Below, piece after piece: positions 15,115 to 27,100 of a stretch of DNA of 58,072 nucleotides. The position numbers and the translations under genes were made by a program. Source of the stretch: a virus. The notes under the pieces were generated by a model, which was given only the letters and a program-made list of their open reading frames with translations, was not told where the DNA came from and searched no databases. Location: IMG/VR virus record IMGVR_UViG_3300048913_000259, positions 1 through 58,072 of that record, one strand, 5' to 3'. The stretch's first letter is position 1, and the number at the start of each line of letters is the position of its first letter.

Positions 15115-18100
15115 TTAGGCTGCTGACTTGGCTTTCACCTCCTGCACCTTCTCGTTGAACCGTTGCATCAGCTTACGCTGTTGGAGCTCGTTCTCCTTGA
15201 TCCGGTCGCGGCTGGCGCCCTTCTCCATGAGCTCGCTTTTGCGCTTGCGCAGCTCGGCGATGTCGCGCTCGACGGCCGCGCCCATTTCGGCAAGGCGCGC
15301 CTCCGGATGTTCCGCCAGGAATTCGCGCGGGTTGGCGTGATCCTTCTGGCGGCCCTTCAGCTCGTCGCCCATGCCGTTCAGCTCCTTCAGGTTCTCGTAG
15401 AACTTGGTCGACGCGGCCGATTTGTCATCGGCCTGGCCGTAGAAGCGGCCGGCCAGCGGCACCTTGTGCGCCGGCAGTTCCTCGCCCGTCACCAGGCTGG
15501 CGCCGGTCTGCCAGGCTTTCAGGGCCTCGCGGCCCACGCCGCCGGTCAGCTGGCCAGCCAGGTAATCCACCTGGTCGGGCGTCGGGCTGAACAGGCCGGC
15601 CTGGTACTTGTTGCCGCCGGTGATCGCGTTCAGGGCATAGGAAACGCCTTTGCCGAGGCCGCTGGCGGTGTCCTTCGTCCTGGTAAAGCCCGGGGTCGGG
15701 TGTAGGCCGCTGCGGTCCTCGCGCGCGATCGGCTTGCCGGTCCAATCCTTGTTGATGGCCAGGTCAACAATCGGGTCGGCCACGGTCGGCGTCATGACCT
15801 GCACCAGGTTGCCGTTGCCGATCGGGTTGAAGGTGTCCAGCAGCGCGCCGGCGACGTTGGCCAGGTGCTTGCCGATCTTCTTGCCGCCACCGATGCCGAA
15901 CTCGGTCACGGTGCGGCCGATGGTCGGCAAGAACGAATAGCCCAGCGGGTACGGGATCGTCAGGAAGTCCTTCTTGCCCGTCACCAGGCCAAGCGGAATG
16001 ACGAAGTTCTTGGCCTTGACGAATTCCGGCGGGTTGTCGTCGTCGTAGCCGGCCGCCAGCAGCATGAAGGCTTGCAGCACGCCCAGCAGCATGCCGCCGG
16101 CGACGATCTTTTTACCGGCCGGGCCGGCCAGGGTTTCGCCCATGCGCGCGATGCCCTGCGTTGCCGCGTTGAAGAAAGCGAACAACGAATTGACCTGGGA
16201 ACCGATCGCGCCCTTACGGTTGAAGTTGACGGTCAGGTTCTTGGCCAGGCTGGCCGCCTGCTGGTTGCTCATGCCGTTGGCCTTGGCGGTCTTGTAGGCC
16301 GCCAGGCGCGTCACGTTCTCGAGTGCTTCGTTGTAGTCGCTCAACCAGTCCAGCACGGCGCGGCCGGCCTTCTCGATCTGCCCGGCCTGCATCTTGCGCA
16401 GCTCCTTCGCCAGCTCGCGCCCGCGGTCTTCGCTGGTGCTGAACATGGCCCGGTAGCCGGTGATGCCGCCCTCGCGCTGGAACTCCGACCACAGGGCCGC
16501 GTCAGCGCCGGCCAGCTGCTCGAGGCGGAAGCCCTGGCGCGCAGCTGCACCGAACAGGCGCCCGGCTTCCTTGGCGAAAGCGGCCTGTTGGCCAGCGATC
16601 GGCGTGGATTCCAGGTTGACGGCGCCCTCTCCGATGTCGCGGGTGAAGTTGACGATGCCGAACACCGGGTTGTATTGCGTGTTCACGCTCGCAAACCAGC
16701 GCGTGGCCATGCCCATGATGTTCAGGAAGCGGTTGAGGCCATCGTTGCCGAGGTTCTTCAGCGACAGGGCCATGCGCATCGCGCGCTCGTTCTTTTCGTT
16801 GAAGAAAATGAAGCGGTCTTCACCGTTGACGCGCACGGCCACCACGTTCGGCGCATTGCGCAGTACCGGGTTCACGCGGCTGATAACCATGCCGGTCTGC
16901 CGGTCGATCTGGCGCTGTTTCGGCTCGTCAATGATCGCCTGCACCAGGGCCGGCGACAGGCCCATGTTGGCCAGCTCGGCCATCAGCGCCTGCGGGTTCT
17001 TCTGCGGGTTGACCGGCTTCCAGAACTCCGGGTTAGGCGCTTGCAGGGCCAGGCCGTACAGCGCCAGGTCCAGGCGGTTCTTCTCGCCGCGCACAATCGC
17101 ACGCTCGCGCGCCATCGCCACGTTCGCCAGGATGTCGACCACGGCGCGCTTCGAGCCCATGCGGGCCTTGCTGGCCGATCCGCGCACGCTGAAGCCGCTG
17201 CCGGTACCGTTGCCCTTCAGCGGGCTATCCATATCCTCACGCATCAGCGGCACATAGTGCTGATAGGTGCGGTTCCAGGTGTCGATCGTGTCCTGTTTTT
17301 CCAGGCCGTAGTCGACCAGGGCGCGCTGGGTGCCGGCAATGATCGCATCGACACGCGCGGCCAGGGCGCCGTAAGCCTGGCGCTGTGCCGGCGACAGGCC
17401 GGCCAGGTAGGCGCGGGCGTCGGCCGTCGACACGCCGGCCAGGCCGTCCGGGTTGCCCTGGTTGATGCTGGCCAGGCGGTCGTTCGCTTCCTCCGCGTGC
17501 CGCATGTGCAAGAATTCCTCGAGCTGTTCCATGCTCACGCCGCGGGCCTGCATATCGGTCAGCAGCGGCCGGAGCTCGTCCTCGAGGAACGATTTGAAGC
17601 CGGTGGCCGCGCGGCCGTGAAACAGTTCTTCCTGCAAGTACGGGTCCCAGCGGTCCGCCAGCTGGCCGTTCTGCTCGCGGATCGCCTGCACCACGCGCTT
17701 CATATCGACGTGCTTATCCTGAAGCGTCTGGATGATGTTGTCCTGCATGGTCATGCCGGGCTCCGTCCAGGTCGGCGCCACGCTCGAGGCGCGGGCATAC
17801 ATTTCGTCCGGTCCTACTTCGAGCTCGCCACCGCGGCGCGCCAGGTTCTTGTAGGCCTCGCTGGCGCGGTCCCAAATTGCCCGGCCCTGCGCCTTGGCCT
17901 GCTCGCTCATGTTGGCCACGCCGAAGCCCATCATCATGTCCAGGCTATCCATCGCCCAGCGCGGCTCGAGGTCCAACAGGTGCGCCGTCTTACCGTTGCT
18001 CTTGAGCCAGTGCTCGGCCTCGGTCATTACCTGGTCGAAGCGGCGGCGCGCGGCCATCGTCAGCGGCGACGTGTTGGCCGCGGCCGTGTCGTCGTTGGCG

Positions 18101-21100
18101 GCGCTGCGCATGGCCTGGCCGCGGCGGCCGTCCTGGTACTGGTTGATGGCGCGCATGCGCGCGAAGTCGGCGCGATCGCCGCCCATCGCCTCGAGCACGT
18201 CGCCCGAAGCGTACAGGGCAGCGTCGAGCCAGCTGGGCGCCGTTCCCGATTCGCGAAGCCCGAATAAGCTGGTGCGAACCCAATCCTTGAACCGCTGCCA
18301 CATGGTTTTGCCTTCGTACCGCTTGCCGGCCAGGTAGGCCTGCAATACCGGATCGGTCAGCGATCGAACGAAGAACTCGTCCGGGTTGCCGCGGGCCTCG
18401 GCGATGGCCAGCTCGAGGTCGCTGTTGGCGAACTTCTCGCCGATCGTCAGCTGGCGGAACTCGTTCCACAGGCCTTCAAACTGCTCGAGCGCCTTGGCCG
18501 CTGCCGGCGCCGACAGGCCCAGCAGGGCGTCGTTCTCGCGCGCCAGGCCGACCGACAGCGAACGGTAGCGCGCCGCGATCGCGACGTGCATGGCTTCGTG
18601 CAGCACGGTTTCGTAGGTCAGGCCGGTGCGGCCCTCGGCTGTGAACAGTTGCATGTGCAGCATCGGCACCAGGCTGACGACGCCGTGCACGTTCATGCGG
18701 CGGGTGTCGTCCACCGTCAGCATCAGCGTGCCCTTGGTCGGCAGCAGGTTCGCCACCTGAAGCGCCAGGTTGCGCACTTCCTTCGGCCCGGTCAGGCTCA
18801 TCGCCTTCAGGGCCTTGCGCAGCGCCTCGAGGCCGTTCAGGCTGGTGGTGCCGCCTGCCTGGCCGTCGCGTAGCAGCTTCTCGATCGCCGGCGCCACGCG
18901 CTGGCCCAGCACGGCGGCCGGCAGCGCCTTCGTCTGCCCCAGCTTGACGTCGGCCTTGGCCGCCGGCGCCATCGCGGCGGCAGCAGCTGCGGCCAGCAGC
19001 TGGCGGCGGCCCGGGTTGAACTTCGAGAACATTTCGTTGCCGCTGTTCTCGATGTACTTGACCACGCTGGACGGCGTGACCAGGGCATCGCGCTGCACCT
19101 CGAGCCAGTTGGCCAGGCCTGCCGCACCTGGTGCGTCCTGGGTGCGTACCCATTCCAGCAGCTTGTCGGCCTGGAACATGCCGCGGTGGTCGGCGATTTC
19201 CTCCATGTGATCCAGCAGCGTCGACGGGATGCCAAGATCGCCGGCCAGCGAATTCTGCTCTGCCAGGCCTGCGCTCACTTCGTCCAGCTTGCCGGCCTCG
19301 GCCATGAAGTCGGCGCGCGCCTCGGCGGTCTTGAACAGGAACCCGCGTTTGGCGTTGCCGCCGGCATAGGTGCTGTACCGGCCGCCGTGCTGCTTGGCGA
19401 TCGCCAGCACGGCCTTGTAGGCGTCGGTGCTGGTGCGGTTCAGCATCGCGGCGCCGAACTGCTTGACGCCGGTTTGCGTGTGGTCGAACTCGAATTGTGC
19501 GAAGTAGCGTTCTGCGCCGGTCGCGCCAGGCTCGGCCGTCCTGGCCGGCTTGGTCGACCTGGTGGGCGTCGGCTTCGCTTCCTCGATCGCGACATCCTCG
19601 CCGGCGCTGGGGTTGGTGCGGCCCGGCAGCGTCACGTTCTCGAGCGCGTCGAACAGGCCTTCAACGTCCTCGATGTGGGTGTAGTCGCGGTGCATCGGTA
19701 CCGGCGCCATTTCCTCATCGGCCAGCTTGTCGAGCACAACGATGCGCGTCATGGCGCCGGTACCGGCGCGGCCGAACGTCGCGGACGGCAGCAGGATGTG
19801 CGCCACCAGGTGCAGGTCCTTCGGGGCGTCGTCGCCATAGAGGAACTTATCGAAGCGCTTGTCAGCGTCCGGCCCGGTCGGCAGCAGCGCCACGATCCGG
19901 CCGCCCTCGTTCAGGTGCTTGTATGCCTTGGCCAGGTGCGGCGTCGACAGCGAGCCACCTTTGCCGAAGGGCGGATTCATCACGATGGCGTCGTACTTGT
20001 TGACCAGGTGCAGGTCCTCGAACTTCGATTGCACGAACTTGCCAGGGCCTTCGATGGCCAGGCGGGTCTTCGTGATAAGCGCGGTTTCCGGCTCAACGAT
20101 CGTCTTGGCCGACTGTGCCGGGAACCAGCGCGCGATCGCGCCATGCCCTGCGCTCGGCTCGAGCACGCTCTCGCCCGTCCGGATGTCCGCCCATTCCACC
20201 ATCTTCAGGCCGACCGGCTCGGGGGTGGCGAAGTAGTCCTTGCCCTCGGCCGCCTTGGTGCTGCTGTTGCGCTTGAGCTGGCCGTAGTAGAACGATTTCG
20301 CGCGGTCCCATTCGGTCAGCAGCTTGGCGTTCTGGCGATCGCGGGCCTTGCCGCCCTTGCCGTCGTCGTCGCTGACAGGGTGCGGGCCGGCGTCCTCGTA
20401 GGCCTCGATGATGGATTCCTTCAGGCCGCGGGCCTGTTCGCCCATCGCCAGCGCCTCGGCGATGTCGGCGCGCTCGGCGATCGTCTGCGCGAAGGTCCAG
20501 CGTTCCCACATGGTGCCGGTCGACACGTAGCGCATCGGGGCGTCCGTCACCTGGCCGGTGCGGTAGCTGCGGCCCTCGAGCTGGATCAGCGCGGTGGGCT
20601 TGGCCGGCATGCCGACGTTGACCTGCACGCGCATGTAGCGGCCGGTGGTGTCGTGCAGGCTGATGCCCTCGCGGCCCTTGTCGGCTTGCAGGATCAACAG
20701 CGGGTTATCGAAGTTGTCGGCGTTGAACAGGCGCTTGTTGTCGGCCAGCTGCTTGTCCGCCACGTCGCCGTTGTGCACCAGGGCGTTCGGGTAGGCGCCG
20801 GTCAGGATCTGAAGCGCGCTCTGCGTCGGGAACTTCAGGTTCACCAGGTCACGGCGCTCGGCCTTGAACTTGTCGGCCAGCTCGGCCAGGTCGATTTCCT
20901 TGTAGGTGTTGCCGTCCCATTCGCCGTGTGTGCCGTTGATGCCCTGCATGGTGAACGGGTTGAAGGCGCCGCCCTTCTTGTAGTCGTGGATGACGATGAC
21001 CTTTCGGCCGCGGTCCAGGTGCTCCTGGATCATCGGCAGCGATTCCTTGGCCTTGATCGCCTCGAGCAAGTAGCGGCGCGCCAGGTAGCTGAATTGCTTC

Positions 21101-24100
21101 ATCAGCGGCTGGTACAGGTGCTTGTATTCCGGGTGCTCGCGGACGTACTCGAGGCCTTCGTCAATCTTGGTACCCAGCGCGGACGGGATCATGACGAATT
21201 TGCGGTCATAGTCCGCTTCGACGTCGAGCATGCGGCCGGACAGGGCGCCCTCCTTCTTCAGCCATTCGTTGAACTGGCGGGCCATCAGGCCCTGGTTCAC
21301 GTTGGCGTCCGGCTCGGTCAGCTTGTGGTAGCGGATACGGTAGCCGAAGTGCTGGACGAAGAAATGCGCGCGGCCGTCCTGGTTGCTGTTGCCGATCCGG
21401 CCGTCTGCCGGGTATTCAAACAGGTAGCCCTCGGCCCAATCCACGGCCTTGATGTAGGCGAACGGGGTGGCCGACAGGAACACGGCTTTGGGGCGCGCCA
21501 GGTTGGAGCTGGCCACGGCAGCGAATTCCTCGCGCTGTGGTTCCTCGCGCTTGCGCAGCTGGTCCCACAGCTTTTTGGCCTGCTCGCTGTCCTTGTTGGG
21601 TACCGCGGCCAGCTGGTCGAAGATGTCGCGGTTGACCATGCGGCTGTAGCGTGCGAAGCCTTCCGGGTGGCGGGTCAGGGCGCGCAGCGTTTGCAGCGCG
21701 TCGGTCATTTTGCCGTCCTTGCTGGCCATGAGGTAGTGCGCCTCATCGGGCAGAACGAAGTCCCAAGTACGATCAGCCAGCGTAGCGTTGTCGCCGAAGT
21801 TGGCGTAGGTGGTGATGACCATGCCCTTGCCGGCGTCGGTGGTGCTGTCGAGCGCGGTGATGTTCAGGCCGAGGTTCTTGCCGCTGTCGATCCAGTCCTG
21901 GGCAATCTCATTGTTCGGCACCACGATGATGCCGTTACCTTTGCCCTGGCGCTCGAAGCGTTTGGCGATGCCGAGGCCGGTGAAGGTCTTGCCGGTGCCG
22001 GTGCCGTTGGTGAAGACCACGCCCGGCTTCTTGTCGGCCTGGGCGAAGCGGGTTTCTGCGAAGTGCACGTCGTCGCGCTGCGGCGGCAGCAGGAACGGTA
22101 ACGTGGCGTCGATGTTGGCGCGGTCGCCCGGCACCACATCGACGGCTTCAGCGGCCAGCTGCTCGAGCCGCTTCTCGTCTAGCGATAGACGCGCTCCAAG
22201 AGCTGTAGCAGGTTCCCCGATTGCGTCGGATTGAGATTTCGCTCCCGCGTTCCCACCGTCGCGGCCTCCTGCGGTGTCTCGAGGTTCGGCAGTACTTGCG
22301 CCAGGTCCGCGCCCTCCGTCGACGCCAGGTAGGTCGCGATCGCCCTGCGCTCCACCAGTAGCGGCATCACGTCCAGGTACGCCAGCGCGGTCGGCCGATC
22401 CAGTCCCTGCTTCATCAGGTCCTGCACCAGGTGCCCGTGTTCTTCCGCCCGATCGTGGTCGGACATCGAAAACATCCGGCTCAGTTTCTCGTTCTTCATC
22501 CGGCCGGTTGCCTGGATCGCGTTCAGTATCGTTGCTGGTACCGCTGTCAGCATTGCTCTCTCCGTTGAGTTTGATTTTTCCTGCTTCAAAGTCGTCAATA
22601 TAGCGCAGTACGTAAGGCTCCATCTTGGCCGTGCCTTCCTTACCGTACAGCTTCAGCAGGTCGCGCACGATCGCGCGCATGACAACCTTGATGTCGTGCG
22701 TGGCTTCGCCGAGGTATTCGATGGCCGCGGTGAAGTAGGGCTTCACGCGCTCGTATTTCGATTCCTCGAAGGGCATCACGCCCTGCTTGACCTGGGGCGC
22801 GATGCCCAGCGCCTCGCCGATGCCGCCCAGCGCCGCGGCGTAGCCGATTGCCGTGTTCTTCACGGCGTCGACGGCGGCCTGGCCGGCGGTGCGGTCATCC
22901 TTCACCCATTCGCCGGCCTTCTTGCGGTAGCCCAGCTCGTCGCGCATGACGGCGTTGACTTCGCCGCGCAGGTCCTTGCGGTGCGCCGCGATGTGCTCGG
23001 CCACCTGGGGCGCGATCGTGCCGGCCTTCTTCAGCGACTGGTAGACATCCGGGATTTTGCCCAGCTTGGCGATCGGCGCCACCAGGGCGCGCTGGATCGG
23101 GTCATCCGATCGCATCCAGTAGGCGTGCGCGTCTTCCTCGCGCTCCTGCTTGGTGGTCTTGATGCCCGTTTCGCGCGGCGTCACTTCCCACTTCAGGCCG
23201 GTGTGCTTGTTCTTCGCGTAGGCCTCGAGCATGGCCAGCTTCTCGCTGGTGCGGCTGTCGCCGTTGGCGTCCTTGAAATAGATTTCGCCGGTCGAGCTCA
23301 CGCGCTCGATGGTCATGGCCTTGCCGCTGGTGAGGTAGCCGACATTGCCGTTGAACGTCATGGTGATGGTGTCGCCCACCTTGGCGCCCAGCACTTCCTG
23401 CATGCGCTGCTGCGCCGCGCGCTGCTTGTTGACCGTCTTGGCGCCCTTGCTCTTGGCCTGCTGCTGCTCGAGGTTGCCCTCTTTGCCGTCCCACAAGATG
23501 CCGAAGTATTCCGGCGACAGCATGGCATCGCCGTCGCGGTTGTAGAAGTCGTAGGCGTAATCGAAGCTCTTGCCGGCCTTCTTCGCGTCGGCGATCTGCT
23601 CGAGCGCGCGGTTTTCCAGCCTGGCCAGCACGGAGTCGGGGCCGTTCAGCAGGCCCTCGATGCTGTTGTTGTTCCGCACCTGAAGGCGAATCGCGTCCAG
23701 GGCGTGCTTCGTGAAGCGGCCGGCCGGCAGGGTGGCCAGGTCCTTCATCGCGGCCAGGCGCTCCTTCTCGATCCGCTTGCGCTCGTCGGCCGTCTTGGCC
23801 GATTTCTTCGCTTTCTTGGCGCGCTCGATGGCCAGCATGGCGTTCAGGCGGCCGGCTTCCTGGTCCGGGGTGGCGAACGTGTTGTTGGCGATCGTCTTGG
23901 CCGGCTTGCGCTGCTGCTTGGCCAGCTGCGCCTTCTCGGCCTCGAGGCCTTCCGGCGCCGGCGCGGCCGGCTCGTCGTTCAGGCCCATCGCGCCGGCTTC
24001 TTCCTCGAGGATGGAATTGAACAGGGCGCTCCGATCGCTGCCCGGCTCGTTCAGGCCCATCGCTTCCGCTTCTTCCTCGATCATGGCGTGGAACATTTCG

Positions 24101-27100
24101 GACAGGTCGCCGACCGGCTTGGCTTCCATTTCCTCGATCGCCAGGGCGGTTTCCTGGCCAGCCAGGTCCGGCAGCTGGTTCGGCAGCTGCTCGGTGCTCG
24201 AGCTCTGCACCTGGGTGTCGTCGGTCGCGTTGGCGCCCAGCTGGCGCAAGTACTCGCCCAGCTGGCCACGCTGCTCGCCGATGCCGCCGCTGACGGCGTT
24301 CACGGCCGCGTTCTGGCCGATAAATCCGGCCTGGCGCAGGCGCTGGATGTAGGTCTGCGCCAGGTCGCGGTACAGCTCGCCGCCGGCGATGAACACCTGG
24401 TTGAAGTCCTTGCCCTTGAAGGCGTCGACGTCCAGGCCCTTGTCGATCAGCTGGCGCTGGCGCGCCTTGTCCATCGGGCGCTCATAGCTGTCCAGCATGG
24501 TGTCGCCGTGCACAAGGCCATGCTCGGCCGAGAGAATCCACACGTCAGGGCGCACGCCCTCGGTCGGCATCCACTTGCGCAGCACGTCGAACATGACGCC
24601 CTTGTACAGGTCGACGGCCTTGTGCCGGCCTTCCAGCTTGGCGCCGGAACAGGCGATCAGCAGCAGCGGGCGCGCGTTGTCCGCGTTGTACTGGTGCACG
24701 CGCGGCTGCACGATCTTGGCCAGCTCATGCGACAGGAAGGCGCTGCGGCCCTCTGCCTCGTTCAGCGGCTCGCCCAGCGAACCGATCGACACGCGCGCCA
24801 GTTTGCCGTCCTGCTTGTGGCCAGGTGTCTCGATGCGCACGGTGACGTTATCGCCGTCGATGGATTCGATGCGGGCATTGGCGCCGATCGTGTACTGCAT
24901 CCACTGTTCGCCCTCGATGCTGGCGACGGCCGGCAGGCTGGCCAGCATGCCCGGCTTCCAGTACTCGCGGGCCTCTTGCAGGCGCTTCGCCTCGGCTTCG
25001 CGCTGGCGGTCCTGCTCGGCGATCGCGTCCTGGAGCTCGCGCTCCTTCCTGGTCAATTTCCCGGTTTCGGTGCCTTTTGTTGCACTTTTTGCCGGTTTCG
25101 TTTCAGGTTCCGGTGCTTTTGATTCACTTTTCAGCTCTTTCAATGCAGCATCGGCCTCGGCCTCGGCGCCGTCGTTGCCCATCGCTTCATCGCGCGCGCG
25201 CTGGTTGCCGATCCGCCAGGCCATCAGTTCTTCGTCGTCCAGGTTGAACGGCGGCGCCATCTTGCCCGCCTTGCCGGCCTGGTAGCCGGCGGTGGCGGCG
25301 CGGTCGATCGCGGCATCATCGACGGGTGCCTGGTTGTCGAAAAGACTGTCCTGGCCGAATACGGCCGACTCGGCCGACTGGCCCAGCTGGAAGTTATCGG
25401 CGCTGTCCTCGATGCGCGCCTTGGTCTGCTTGGCGTCGTCTTCGCGCTTGCGCTGCTGCTCGAGGCGGTCGCGCTCGGCCTGGCGGGCCTTGGCCGCGGT
25501 TTCCTCGGCGTCCTGGCGCGCCACCACGTCGGCGGCGCTGTAGCTGGTCAGGAGCTCGTCTGTTCCTTCGCTCTCAGTTGCAGCTCGGCCAGCACCTTCC
25601 GGCGCATTGCCGGCGGCATTTCCATCAGCTTCGCCTTGATCGCTTCGCGCGCTTCCTGCTTTTTGGCTTCCAAAGATTGCATCGAGTTCTTCCTCAGTAA
25701 GGTCGTTCATGGGGCGGCCACCGTCCAGCTGGATGTCGTCCAGCTGCGCGTCGGCCAGTTCGTCGGCGGTGATGAGGTCAGCGTAGTTCTCGATCAGCGC
25801 CTGGTCTTCAACGGATTCGGCGCCGATCGCCTCGCGGCGGTCCTCGCGCGCCTGGTGTGCTGCTACCACTTCGTCATACAGCTGGCCGTAGTCCTTGCCG
25901 GTGGTGTCGATGCCCAAGCTTTCGGCCTCGGCCGCCAGCTGGCCGTGGGCTGCGGCTTCCATCTGGCTGTCGATCGCGGCCGGCTGGCGAATCACTTCCT
26001 TGTTGGCCAGGGCGCGCTGGATCATGCTGGCCAGCTTGCGCGTGCCGCCGGTGTCTTCGTCGCTGTCGATGTCGTGCTGGGTGATGAAGCCTTCTTCCTC
26101 TGCCAGCAATGCGAGCTCGTCCAGGCGCTTGCCGGTCTTCCGGATGACCGGGCCGTAACCTGGTACCGGCGGATTGCCCTTCTGGCCAGGCTCTACGCCC
26201 AAGTCCGCGCGATCGGCCGGCGAGATTCCATGATTGGCCAGGAAGGCCAGGAACGGGTTGCTCGAGCGCAGGCGCTCGCGCAGGCGCTCGGCCTGGCGGC
26301 GGGCTTCGGCCGCGCGCACGGCCGGGTCGACCACGCCAGTGCCCAGCGTGACCTGGGCGCTGGTGTCCACGCCCGGGTGGCGCTTGGTCTTGATGCCCAG
26401 CGCCAGGGTCGCGGCTTCCTCGTTCCGGTTCAGGTGCTTGCGGTCGATCGGCTTGACCGGCTTGCCCTGGCGCTCGAGCTTCGCATTGCGCTGCTCGGCC
26501 TTGGCCACCTGGTAGCGGCGCGCGGCCAGGCCGTCGAGCGCGTTGACGATCTCCTTCAGCTTGCGCTCGAGCTGCTGCGCTTCGTGCGGCGCGTTGCTGT
26601 GCGCCTCGCCCGGCTTGTAGCCCAGCTCGGCCAGCTTCGGCGCGATTTCGTTCCACTTCTTCACGGCCGCGGCGACGATCGGCGCCGGCAGGGCGGCGGC
26701 GGTGTTCGTCACCTTGGCCATGCCTTCCGGGGTCATGGGCACATGCTCGGCCGGCTGCACCTGGCCGTTTTCGCGCGCATGGTCGGCGATCGCCTGGCGT
26801 GCCTTGTCCTCGCGGAAAGCTACCTTTTCTTCGTCCAGCTGGCCGCGGCGTGCTTCGTCGGCCAGGCCGGTTTCGATCGCCTTGGCCATGCCGTGCACGC
26901 CGGCGGTGCGCAGGTCGCCCAGCAGCTTGTCGATGCGCGGCGCGAACGGGCTGGCGTGCCAGGGGGTGTTATCGCCCTCGATCAGCGCGCGCAGCTGCTT
27001 CAAGCGTGCTTGCTGGTCGCGGTAGCCGTTCGATCCAGGCTTATACCGGGATTCGCCCATCCATTCGACGTGCTTGCGCGCTTCCTTGAGGCTGCTGCTG

